Assembly: GCA_964408235.1 (NCBI GenBank)
Contig: CAYOYN010000001.1
Location: forward strand, 77,450 to 141,449
DNA: 64,000 nucleotides
Direction of reading: 5' to 3'
Source of the DNA: Candidatus Woesearchaeota archaeon
Lineage (GTDB): Archaea > Nanobdellota > Nanobdellia > Pacearchaeales > GW2011-AR1
Part shown: in pieces, positions 49,544-58,194 of the stretch
How the letters are laid out: each line of letters begins with the position of its first letter
Numbering within the stretch: position 1 is the stretch's first letter
The notes under the pieces: generated by a model
Databases searched by the model: none
What the model was told of the DNA's origin: nothing
Seen by the model: only the letters and a program-made list of their open reading frames with translations
Program-made: the position numbers and the translations under genes

Positions 49544-49861
49544 TTATTGGCTTTCTTTTACCTTACCCAATAGTAGAAAGATAGGAACAACCCCATTTTT
49601 TTCTAACTCATCAATTATCTTTCTCGATTCCTTAAATGAACGATTATAGAACATAGTATAACCAAAATTGCTCCTTTTTTCTCTAAGTTGAGGAAATAAA
49701 TCAATAATCTCTTTTTGTAATTGAATTACATTCCAAGAACCCAAGCTTTCCTTATAAGAAAGTCTTCCATTAATTTGGATAGTTTCCTTTGGTTCGAGAT
49801 ATGAGAGCATCTCGGATAAAAGCTCTTCTTTACTTTTCTCTTTTTGTAGTGTGTTCCTCAT
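49544..49861 (-). CDS. Hypothetical small protein, last gene of radical-SAM operon
   Basis: 105-aa ORF, 23 nt after the phosphatase gene on the same strand. Confidence 0.45.
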   Translation of the reverse strand: MRNTLQKEKSKEELLSEMLSYLEPKETIQINGRLSYKESLGSWNVIQLQKEIIDLFPQLREKRSNFGYTMFYNRSFKESRKIIDELEKNGVVPIFLLLGKVKESQ

Positions 49862-49884
49862 TAATTAATCCAATCACTACACCT

Positions 49885-50457
49885 CTAATTTTTTCTATTT
49901 TGAATAAGTGGAATCTGTTTTGATTCTAGATTCTTTAAATCCAACTTGATAATTTGACAATTTTTTATGCTTACTTTATCATCTGCTTCATAAGCATTCA
50001 TATTCATTGTTGCACCTATAATCATTTTACTTAGGCAACCATGAGTGATTAATAGTATTCTACCTTTTTCTTGAATTAATTTGTTAAGAATAACTTTAGC
50101 TCTTTGCATTAATTGATCTAAATCTTCTCCGTGTTTAGGTCTTTTATTCTGTGCTATAAGCTTCTTGACTTCTATTTTTTTCATACCTATCCAATCTCCA
50201 CTATTTACTTCACGAAGCATGGAATCATAATTGATATTTATCTCAGATTCATTAGAAAATGTTTCAGCAAGTTCTTTACATCGTGCAGAATCGCTAGAGT
50301 AGACCTTAGAAATTTCTAAAGATAATAAATTTTTAACTGCCTCAGGTATCTGAGACTTACCATATTCAGATAAATCTCCACCCATTGGATCTTCAATAAT
50401 CTTTTCTTTATTATTGATTGTTTCTGGATGCCTTATGATAAATATCTCTGGCAACAT
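49885..50457 (-). CDS. Histidine phosphatase (phosphoglycerate-mutase/CobC-like) family protein
   Basis: N-terminal RH motif (IFIIRHPET). Second His in LLITHGCLS. ~190 aa. Confidence 0.6.
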   Translation of the reverse strand: MLPEIFIIRHPETINNKEKIIEDPMGGDLSEYGKSQIPEAVKNLLSLEISKVYSSDSARCKELAETFSNESEININYDSMLREVNSGDWIGMKKIEVKKLIAQNKRPKHGEDLDQLMQRAKVILNKLIQEKGRILLITHGCLSKMIIGATMNMNAYEADDKVSIKNCQIIKLDLKNLESKQIPLIQNRKN

Positions 50458-50969
50458 TATTTGTTAGCCTCATCTAATTTTTTGAAATGATCTTTACCAA
50501 TAGGCTCTAGAATTCCTTTAAACAAACTAGTAACTTTTTCAACCTCTTCTTTAGTTTTACCTTCAATCTCTACAAAATCAACTTCTGCAGGCTCCAATAT
50601 CTTCATTATTCCTAATTCTGAACCTTGCACATTCCAATATTCTCTAATTGTTCTGTTTTTTAGAATTCTTTTAAATCCAAGGCTTTTTAGGACAAGTTCC
50701 ATCTTTTCAGAATCTCCAATTGGAACATTAATTTCAACCCTTTCCCAAACATTGCTATCTGTTTCTCTCTTTCCCTTGAATGTCAGTTCTGAAACTCCTT
50801 TTTTTGTTCTTATCCTTAATAGATTTTCAGCAGTTTTCATATTTTCTCCATCTTTTCCATAATAACAATCAATAATTTCATAGGTTTCTGTGTGTTTTCC
50901 AACATTCTTTATCTTTTTTCTTAGCGCATTTTCATCGCCGTACTTTAGTTTAATCTCTATTTCTTTCAT
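50457..50969 (-). CDS. CYTH-domain triphosphate tunnel metalloenzyme (CyaB-like)
   Basis: N-terminal ExExK (MKEIEIKLKY). 170 aa. Stop overlaps the next gene start. Confidence 0.65.
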   Translation of the reverse strand: MKEIEIKLKYGDENALRKKIKNVGKHTETYEIIDCYYGKDGENMKTAENLLRIRTKKGVSELTFKGKRETDSNVWERVEINVPIGDSEKMELVLKSLGFKRILKNRTIREYWNVQGSELGIMKILEPAEVDFVEIEGKTKEEVEKVTSLFKGILEPIGKDHFKKLDEANK

Positions 50970-51595
50970 GGTTGTGTTAGATCTCCACCATTTTTAACTT
51001 TTTTCGATGATATTTCCCTTAAGGCTGATTGAAGGGTATCTTCTGCACTTCCGCCAGTATAAACGCTTACAATGCCTTTTTTTGCCCTTTGTAAAGCAGA
51101 ATACTGATCAAATAACCTACCTAATTCAGCAGTATTATCTCTTGTGTTAAGCCCAACGCACATATGAGAATAGTCTAGGCCTTCGTCTCTTTGAGAACCA
51201 ATTCTAGCTAGAGAAGTTACTGGATCTACAAGAAAGATTAAAGGAAGATCGATTTTTGGTTCTAAACTAAGCAATCTTTGGGTTGCATCTCTATAAACTT
51301 GATCCCCTATTTTCCCGTCTCGATGATCTGCTTCTAGCATAACTTGTCTATCATAAGGTCCTCTGTCCATCAATAAGTAATGGGGATTTCTTCCTTGAGC
51401 TTCTGGAATTTTTTGTTCTAGATATAATAGCATTTTTTGATGAAAGTCTTCAAGATCTCTACAACCTTTGAAATCTATTGGAGCTCTTCCAATTACTTCA
51501 CATCTTTCCCCATTGGCTTCGAAATGTGAAGCAAGGCTTCTCAAAGTAGAAGTTTTACCTGTTCTTGAAATACCAAATAATTCAATTGTAAGCAT
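50966..51595 (-). CDS. P-loop nucleoside/nucleotide kinase-like protein
   Basis: Walker A (FGISRTGKTSTL). DR motif (LLMDRGPYDR) as in dNMP/thymidylate kinases. Low-Lys, Arg/Gly-rich composition unlike neighbours. Confidence 0.55.
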   Translation of the reverse strand: MLTIELFGISRTGKTSTLRSLASHFEANGERCEVIGRAPIDFKGCRDLEDFHQKMLLYLEQKIPEAQGRNPHYLLMDRGPYDRQVMLEADHRDGKIGDQVYRDATQRLLSLEPKIDLPLIFLVDPVTSLARIGSQRDEGLDYSHMCVGLNTRDNTAELGRLFDQYSALQRAKKGIVSVYTGGSAEDTLQSALREISSKKVKNGGDLTQP

Positions 51596-52271
51596 AATTA
51601 ATCTTAACCTCTTTGTAGAAATTATTGGTAAGAAACTCGTACAGTAATGGAGACCTTTTCTCTATGTCTTCTTTAAATAAATTTAAGTCTTCCAATTTAT
51701 TGAGATCACCTTTTAATTTTAACAGATAACTTTTGCTTTTACTATTCTTCACTAAATCTTTAAGAGAATTTTCAGTACTCCATCTAATCCTATCAAAAAT
51801 ATTGTCTGGATTCTTATTCATTCCGATAAGATATACTCCGCCATTGTATTCTGGACCAAAAACATAGTTATTATTTTCCAAAATATTAAATGCATTAATT
51901 AGGCTAGATTCGGCGATTGATGGAACATCACTTGGAATTAAAATCACTTTTTCATAGCTTTTCTTAAAATGAGAGAAGAGAAATGAAAATCTTTGACTCT
52001 GGTCGCTTTGTAATAAAGATTCATTTAAAACATAAACATTAAGGCCAAGTTTCTCTCTAAAAAATTGAGACTCTGCCTCGCTATTAACTACGGCAATAAA
52101 ATCATAACTTTTTGAATTGCTTACTTTGTTAATAGTATCTTTAAGTGTGCAAAGACTTACAATATACGCAAATAATTCTGTGCTTTCTTTTGCTATTCTT
52201 GTTTTTGATTTTCCGATTTCAGGGAACTTTGTATATAAAATTACTAAGTTTTTATTCATCTTTGCTCCCAA
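51582..52271 (-). CDS. MobA/CofC-like (DUF2064-type) nucleotidyltransferase
   Basis: N-terminal LVILYTKFPEIGKSKTRIA resembles the K-x-P-x-x-G-x-x-K-T-R-L signature of the CofC/DUF2064 GT-A-fold NTases. Confidence 0.5.
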   Translation of the reverse strand: MGAKMNKNLVILYTKFPEIGKSKTRIAKESTELFAYIVSLCTLKDTINKVSNSKSYDFIAVVNSEAESQFFREKLGLNVYVLNESLLQSDQSQRFSFLFSHFKKSYEKVILIPSDVPSIAESSLINAFNILENNNYVFGPEYNGGVYLIGMNKNPDNIFDRIRWSTENSLKDLVKNSKSKSYLLKLKGDLNKLEDLNLFKEDIEKRSPLLYEFLTNNFYKEVKINYAYN

Positions 52272-53239
52272 TAGGTTTTACCTAATCCGGGTTGTGTGCG
52301 TAAGAATGCTCTTGATTCCATTATTGAACCGACAAGTGCTCCTTCATCTCTACTATCAATTGCTTCTTTAAGAGAAATTTCATGACTGCTCATTTTGCAG
52401 GGTTTTATGCTAAGTTTAGGAGTTACATAGATTTCGTTAGAATCATGACAACTTCTACATACTTCAGGTCTTCCGCAACCAACATCAATAACAACTCCTT
52501 TGGTTCCTTTGTAACCAAACCATTGAATTGGTAAGTAAGAATCCTGCCCTCTGAAAACTCCTCCTTGTTCAGGAAGATGAACTGCTCCTAAATCTCTGAC
52601 TCTTTGTCTAATAACTTCCGCATCCTGCACTAGACCGACCTGTCCAGCATGTATTGCTTCAAAATTTAGAAATTTAAATTTGAAACCATATTGAGCGCAT
52701 AAATCTAGAGTACCTCTCAAAGATTCAGAGTCATCATTCATACCTTTTACTGTAACATGCTTTACCTCTACTTTTTGTCCCAATCCTTTTTCCCCTAGAG
52801 ATTTTAATCCAGCCATTACTTTATCATAATGTGCAGGTCTACCCCTAGTTATTTGGCTGTATCTAGCAGAATCAGTTGTATGTAGTGAAACTCCAATTTT
52901 AGTAAATCTTTCAAGAGCATCTGCTAATCCATCTCTTCCAAGAAGTATCCCATTGGTATGATAGAATCTTTGAGGAATTCCTGATTCATTAGCAATTTCA
53001 ACCATTTCTCGCGCAGCAGGATGAGCAGTTGGATCTCCGCCCGAAAGAGAAATATGATTTAATCCGTGATTTCTTAAAGTAGTTGCTAAATATCTAAAAT
53101 CTTCTGGTTGCATTGAAACTTGGTTACGTTCTGCTCCTAAACCTTCATTTGAACAGAAAACACAAGACAAATTACAATTATCTGTAATAGAAACGCGTAA
53201 AGGGAATCTTCCCAATACATTCTCTATTGTTTGAGTCAT
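52256..53239 (-). CDS. Radical SAM enzyme, MoaA-like (GTP 3',8-cyclase family) with C-terminal auxiliary Cys cluster
   Basis: CX3CX2C (DNCNLSCVFC) at residues 22-29. GG(D/E)P motif (SLSGGDPTA). C-terminal CX5CX2CX16C (CGRPEVCRSCHDS...KPC). 327 aa like MoaA. Confidence 0.7.
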   Translation of the reverse strand: MTQTIENVLGRFPLRVSITDNCNLSCVFCSNEGLGAERNQVSMQPEDFRYLATTLRNHGLNHISLSGGDPTAHPAAREMVEIANESGIPQRFYHTNGILLGRDGLADALERFTKIGVSLHTTDSARYSQITRGRPAHYDKVMAGLKSLGEKGLGQKVEVKHVTVKGMNDDSESLRGTLDLCAQYGFKFKFLNFEAIHAGQVGLVQDAEVIRQRVRDLGAVHLPEQGGVFRGQDSYLPIQWFGYKGTKGVVIDVGCGRPEVCRSCHDSNEIYVTPKLSIKPCKMSSHEISLKEAIDSRDEGALVGSIMESRAFLRTQPGLGKTYWEQR

Positions 53240-53270
53240 AACTCATATATCTGAGGTTTTATTATATACT

Positions 53271-53310
53271 TATTGTGTGTATAAACACACATTGTATAAA
53301 TATGTGTACA
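53271..53310. promoter_or_regulatory. Overlapping dyad symmetries around a TATA box in the divergent promoter region
   Basis: TGTGTGT-ataa-ACACACA (53274-53291). ACACAT-tgtataaat-ATGTGT (53287-53307) spanning TATAAAT ~50 nt upstream of the regulator start. Confidence 0.45.
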
Positions 53311-53350
53311 TAACCATAAATTTAAATAAAGAACTTATATTTCTCGAACT

Positions 53351-54280
53351 ATGAAGAGAAAAGTTGTAAAGCACGGAGAAGGTACTCTTACTGTCTCGCT
53401 TCCATCTAACTGGGTAAAAAATAATAATCTCAAACAAGGACAATTAGTTAATGTAGAACCTTCACGTGGAAAGCTTGTTATATCAATACAAGACAAATCT
53501 TTTGAGCCAGTAACAATTCCTTTAGAAAACGGAGGTGAATGGTATATTGGAAGAATTATTCGCCATCTATACACTTCTGGATTTGATGAAATCAATATAA
53601 AATATACTTCACCTAAACAATTACCCCAAATTAGAGAAGATCTTAGATTATTAACTGGCCTTGAATTAGTAAAGAGCGATAATAATATATGTAGGCTTAA
53701 GTGTATGGTACATACAGATGATTCAGAATATGACCAAATTGTAAGAAAGATAATGTGGATTTTACTTTCAAAGTTAGATTATTTGTTAGAAGAAGGTGAA
53801 AAAGGCAATTTTGAGATGAGTTATGAGATAAAAGAACTTCACACTACTCTATGCAGATTATGCAATTTATCAAAGCGTTTAATAAATAAAAGAGAAATAT
53901 TCGACTCTGTAAACTCAAAATATGCTTATGACTTTTTTAACGCGATTATTGAGATTTCTCTTCTTATCAACTATTCCTATGATCATCTTAATACTCAAAA
54001 GAAACCAAAATTAAGCGAATTCGAATTAAGACTCCTTAAAGAAGTAAGAGACCATTATCAAGAACTTTACAACGCGGTAGTTAATGATAAAAAAGACAAT
54101 GTACAGAAGTTCTTTGAATCAAGAAAAGGAAACTTTGAGAGTAATCTTGAACTTATTAAAAAAGAAGATCCGATAATAATCCATTATTTCCTTATGATGC
54201 TTAGGACATTAACTCCAATAGGCAACCATATAGCTATGTTAAACGTAGAAAAAGAAAGAAGGCTAGAGGCAGATAAATGA
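53351..54280 (+). CDS. SpoVT/AbrB-domain plus PhoU-like helical domain transcription regulator
   Basis: N-terminal swapped-hairpin pattern (KHGEGTLTVSLPSNW...GQLVNVEP). Long helical C-terminal region resembling archaeal AbrB-PhoU (COG0704) proteins. Confidence 0.5.
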   Translation: MKRKVVKHGEGTLTVSLPSNWVKNNNLKQGQLVNVEPSRGKLVISIQDKSFEPVTIPLENGGEWYIGRIIRHLYTSGFDEINIKYTSPKQLPQIREDLRLLTGLELVKSDNNICRLKCMVHTDDSEYDQIVRKIMWILLSKLDYLLEEGEKGNFEMSYEIKELHTTLCRLCNLSKRLINKREIFDSVNSKYAYDFFNAIIEISLLINYSYDHLNTQKKPKLSEFELRLLKEVRDHYQELYNAVVNDKKDNVQKFFESRKGNFESNLELIKKEDPIIIHYFLMMLRTLTPIGNHIAMLNVEKERRLEADK

Positions 54281-54807
54281 AACTCCTTAAAGAGTTTAAA
54301 GATCCTGATTTTAAAGAAAATTCTAATATTAAGCTTCGTGAGGCTTCAAGAGCTGTTCTTTTTGATGAAAATAATTTAGTTCCAATATTGTTTGTTGCAA
54401 GCGGGAATTTTCATAAGCTTCCAGGCGGAGGCATAGATAAAGGGGAAACTAAAGAAGATGCTTTACTAAGAGAAGCTCTTGAGGAAGTTGGAGCTAAAAT
54501 AGAAATAAAATCCGAAGTTGGTAAAATTGTAGAATATCGTTCTGATAAAAATTTCAACTGGGGATCTGATATGAAACAGATATCTTATTGCTATCTTGGA
54601 AAGATTTTGTCTAAAGGAAAGCCTCAATTTACCGAGAAAGAAATGATTGAAGAGTTTGAGTTAGTTTGGATGACTTTGGATAAATCTATTGAAACTTTTG
54701 AAAATGATAAACCCCTTAATGTTGAAGGTAAATTTATTAGAGATAGGGATTTGACTTTCTTGAAAGAAGCTAAGAAGATTTTAGATGCTCGCTTGCCCTT
54801 TCAATAA
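54277..54807 (+). CDS. Nudix hydrolase
   Basis: Nudix box GGGIDKGETKEDALLREALEEVGA (Gx5Ex7REUxEExGU). 4-nt overlap with the regulator gene. Confidence 0.8.
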   Translation: MKLLKEFKDPDFKENSNIKLREASRAVLFDENNLVPILFVASGNFHKLPGGGIDKGETKEDALLREALEEVGAKIEIKSEVGKIVEYRSDKNFNWGSDMKQISYCYLGKILSKGKPQFTEKEMIEEFELVWMTLDKSIETFENDKPLNVEGKFIRDRDLTFLKEAKKILDARLPFQ

Positions 54808-54988
54808 TTTCTCCAAGTTTTATTACTCCATCAGCAATAAAATCTCTTCCTTCAGGAGTGGACATTTTTTCTAGCATGTTCTTTCTGAATTCTTCTTTTT
54901 GTCTTTGATCCATATACTAAATAGAAAGATATCAATAGAACTAAATTTATGTGGTAGGATGTATATTTTTACCAATATGACTGAGGGC

Positions 54989-55030
54989 CAAAGAGAAAGA
55001 AGAGAAAGAGAGAGTGAGAGAAGAGAGAAT
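54989..55030. repeat. ~42-nt polypurine (GA-rich) tract
   Basis: aagagaaagaagagaaagagagagtgagagaagagagaa in the convergent intergenic region. Confidence 0.6.
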
Positions 55031-55130
55031 TCCTTAAGTGACAATTAGCAGTTATTTTATTTTTAATAGACGATATAATTGCATTTTATAGCTAAAAACG
55101 AGATTTTTTCAGTGCCAGCCTGTTGACACT

Positions 55131-57434
55131 TCAATTTTTGGTGACAATCCTACTAATTATGCTTGCTAAATGTCTTTTGTCATGACATTTGCCTAATTTT
55201 GAATAACTTGTTCTTAAGTTTCTATTAGTTACAACAAAAAACCACCTATCAGGATAATTTTTATTCAAATTCTCAATTTTATTTAACAAATCTTTTTGAT
55301 TATGTTTAAGCAATTTTCCTGTTTCAACTTCAATAGCATATTCTTTCCCATCAACTTTGAAAACAATATCTGGCTTAACTGTCTCAAACATCTGTACTTT
55401 ATTTGTAAACTTCTTTATGTAGTTAAAAATATCATGGGTCATGAATATATGTTGAGGACTTTCATTATCTCTTTTTTCTATAAGATATCTTTCCTTTCTT
55501 TTTGATAAGATTCCTTGAAATGAATATGGCTTGTACCCTAAGTTTTTGAGGTAGTCTATATCTTCATCAGAGAGATCCTTTAATTTAACACAACCAATAT
55601 CCTCATCAACATTTATCTGAGTCTTTTGTCTTTTTTTCTTTTCTTTAGTTTGTCGATCCATATGCTTCTGTACTTCATCTAAACGTTCTTCCTCAGTTTG
55701 AATATGTGAATTAGCAAGCAATTCATCAGGTTTCGTGGTTATAATATTATGTTCTTCTGGAGATGAAACTATCTTTATTTCTGAATGTTCGTCATCCATA
55801 ATCAAGATTCCTTCCCCGATTCCTGCAGTAAGTAAGGAATTAACTTCTGACTCGCTTAAAAAGAAGGTCTTTTGTATATTCCTTATTACTGCTGGTTTTT
55901 GTCTCATAAGCAATGTGTAAGAGCTGTTAGCCAATACAGATTTCCCAGCTTCAGATTCAAGCATGCCTTCAACTTCTTGATTAATAAGAAATAATGCAAG
56001 GTTAAACTTTCTGCAGGTTTTTACTATCTCAAAAATGTAAGATGCATCGCTAGATTGTCTCAAAAGCGACCAAGCCTCATCAATAACAAGTAACTTTCTG
56101 TTAAGATCTCTTTTCATTTTCATATAAATATAATCAAGCACCAAAAACATCATTAAAGGTTTGATTTGTTTTGGTAGATTAGCTATATTAAAACAAACAA
56201 ATTGATTATCGAAGTTAATCTTAGTTTTTTGATTAAGGAATGAAAATACTCCGTTTACATACCAATCTAAACGGCTGGTTAAACTTCTCAAAGTTTGTTT
56301 TTCAGACATGATTGTCTTCTTTTCCATATCTTTAAGGACTTTAAGCAAATCCTCTAATAATGGAGGTTTTCTACTCCAACTCTTTACTTTATTGGCATAA
56401 ATTTTCTTTTTCTGGTAAGTTTTTGTTAGGGCTCTCTCCATAATTGCTTTTTGAGGTTCTGAAAGATCTCCAAGCATGATTGGTAAAATATCCCACAATG
56501 CGAGTCTTTTTTCAGGATAATCATGTCCCATTAAATCTAATGGATTAATTATAGTTTCAGAAATTGTGCTTAAATCGATTAATTGCCCATTAAAACGCTC
56601 AACAAGGGCTTTGTATTCTCCTTGGGGATCAATAACCATTACTTTAGTGCCATTTAGTAAATACCTTGAAATTAATAGCTTTGCCATATAACTCTTACCT
56701 GAACCAGAACTAGCCAAACATAATCCATTTGGATTACTTAGATTAAAAATATCTTTTATTATGGGAATATTATTCTTATTTTGGCCAAACCAGATCCCTG
56801 TTTTATCTGCTTGAAGGAAAGAAGAAGTAAATGGGAAGAAAGCAGATAATGCTTCTGTAGGCACACTTCTAACTTGATTTAACTTGTTAATCGCTAAAGG
56901 CGAACAAGACTGAAAACCTTGAGCCATCCTAAATGTAGGTTGCCTTGGAATAATTAGAAGAGAGTTAAGTTCTGCCTGTATCCTTCTTGTCAATAAGTCT
57001 AATTCTTCCCTATTTTTAGCCCTACAGTTAAAGTATAAACTTACATTAAACAACTTATCCTTACCCTTCTGCAAGTTTGATAAAACTGCTTTAGTGTCTT
57101 TGTATTTTATTTGCAAGCTTGGGTTAAGAATATTCTTGCTTTTAGCAGAGAATAAATCTCCTCTTTGTTTTTGGAGTTCTCTATTAAGAAAAACCATCAT
57201 AGTTTCAATGTCATATGGCTCTATGTGCATTGAAAGATCAAAATTACCTGTTGTGCTAATAATCTTATCAAGAAAGCCTGTTTCTACACTTCTTGGATAG
57301 CCATGAGCGTAAATAGTCCTATTGAGAATATTAGTATGTTCATTAGAAATACTTAGATAATTAGAAGAGTTTTCTATTTTAATTGGAAAAAAGTCTAAAT
57401 TCTCATTCTTACTTTCCTTTTTCTTCCAAAACAT
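55131..57434 (-). CDS. VirB4/TrbE/CedB-like conjugation ATPase with C-terminal PD-(D/E)xK-like domain
   Basis: Walker A (LASSGSGKSYMA). VirB4-type Walker B DEAW (LLVIDEAWSLL). C-terminal ~120 aa with D-x-n-E-x-K pattern (DIVFKVDGKEYAIEVETGK). Confidence 0.75.
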   Translation of the reverse strand: MFWKKKESKNENLDFFPIKIENSSNYLSISNEHTNILNRTIYAHGYPRSVETGFLDKIISTTGNFDLSMHIEPYDIETMMVFLNRELQKQRGDLFSAKSKNILNPSLQIKYKDTKAVLSNLQKGKDKLFNVSLYFNCRAKNREELDLLTRRIQAELNSLLIIPRQPTFRMAQGFQSCSPLAINKLNQVRSVPTEALSAFFPFTSSFLQADKTGIWFGQNKNNIPIIKDIFNLSNPNGLCLASSGSGKSYMAKLLISRYLLNGTKVMVIDPQGEYKALVERFNGQLIDLSTISETIINPLDLMGHDYPEKRLALWDILPIMLGDLSEPQKAIMERALTKTYQKKKIYANKVKSWSRKPPLLEDLLKVLKDMEKKTIMSEKQTLRSLTSRLDWYVNGVFSFLNQKTKINFDNQFVCFNIANLPKQIKPLMMFLVLDYIYMKMKRDLNRKLLVIDEAWSLLRQSSDASYIFEIVKTCRKFNLALFLINQEVEGMLESEAGKSVLANSSYTLLMRQKPAVIRNIQKTFFLSESEVNSLLTAGIGEGILIMDDEHSEIKIVSSPEEHNIITTKPDELLANSHIQTEEERLDEVQKHMDRQTKEKKKRQKTQINVDEDIGCVKLKDLSDEDIDYLKNLGYKPYSFQGILSKRKERYLIEKRDNESPQHIFMTHDIFNYIKKFTNKVQMFETVKPDIVFKVDGKEYAIEVETGKLLKHNQKDLLNKIENLNKNYPDRWFFVVTNRNLRTSYSKLGKCHDKRHLASIISRIVTKN

Positions 57435-58194
57435 TCGTCACCTCCATTTTATCTCTAGAAATAAAGAATTTTCTTACCAAAGAGTCTAATTCCAAGTCAT
57501 TTAATCTAAAACTCTTTAGTCCAATATTTGCAAGTTTGCTTTGACAAATTTGTAGTTGAATATTTATATCAGATTTTTCTAAGATTACTAGATAAAATAC
57601 TCTATTCATTACATCATTCTCTTTAGCAAGAGATTCTAATTGTCTTTTATATCCCTCAAAAAGTTCTTTGAATTTTTTAGAATCGATTAACCTTTTCTTA
57701 AATTCTTCAAAATATTCAGTAAGATTAAGCTGTTCAGTACTCATTATTATCTGGACCTTGAAGTCAAGGCTATTAAGAAATTTCTGAAATGCTATAGCAA
57801 TTGCTTGTTTAGATTCTTCTGGCTTAATTGAGAAATTAATAGGGCTTATCTTTAGAATTGCTAATTTCTTGTTGTCTTTTGTAAATATTAGACTTTCTTT
57901 TATTTCCTTAATTGGGATAAATTTGCCTAACTTATTTGGTAATTGAATTAACTTCGATTTATACCAATAATACCAGTTTCTTACATGCTTATCTAATTCT
58001 AGAAAAATAAATCCTATTCCTAGGCCACTCAACATAGAAATAATTGGTATCTTTATAGCAAGATGTAGATCTGTCTTAAAAAATATAGTAAGAATAATTG
58101 GAGCAAACACAAAAAGATAAGCTAGTTGCTTAAAGTTTAGACCAAACATTATTTTTTCTTTGTATTCTAAAGATTGAGGTATCTCATAGCCCAT
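57409..58194 (-). CDS. VirB3-like membrane protein with cytoplasmic extension
   Basis: Two N-terminal TM helices. Gene immediately precedes and overlaps the VirB4-like gene by 26 nt, the canonical VirB3 position. Confidence 0.45.
   Translation of the reverse strand: MGYEIPQSLEYKEKIMFGLNFKQLAYLFVFAPIILTIFFKTDLHLAIKIPIISMLSGLGIGFIFLELDKHVRNWYYWYKSKLIQLPNKLGKFIPIKEIKESLIFTKDNKKLAILKISPINFSIKPEESKQAIAIAFQKFLNSLDFKVQIIMSTEQLNLTEYFEEFKKRLIDSKKFKELFEGYKRQLESLAKENDVMNRVFYLVILEKSDINIQLQICQSKLANIGLKSFRLNDLELDSLVRKFFISRDKMEVTNVLEEKGK

Noticed and set aside
52256-53239. Prokaryotic viperin (pVip) identity for the radical SAM protein
   Set aside because: The CN-x-x-C-x-F-C pattern and the adjacent nucleotide kinase are viperin-like. 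However, the protein carries a C-terminal multi-Cys auxiliary cluster and a GGDP motif like MoaA, and viperins lack the second cluster. I therefore call it MoaA-like and keep viperin-like function only as a hypothesis.
54801-54913. 37-aa minus-strand ORF in the Nudix/VirB4 intergenic region
   Set aside because: It is short, overlaps the Nudix stop, and has no motif. It is probably a chance ORF.
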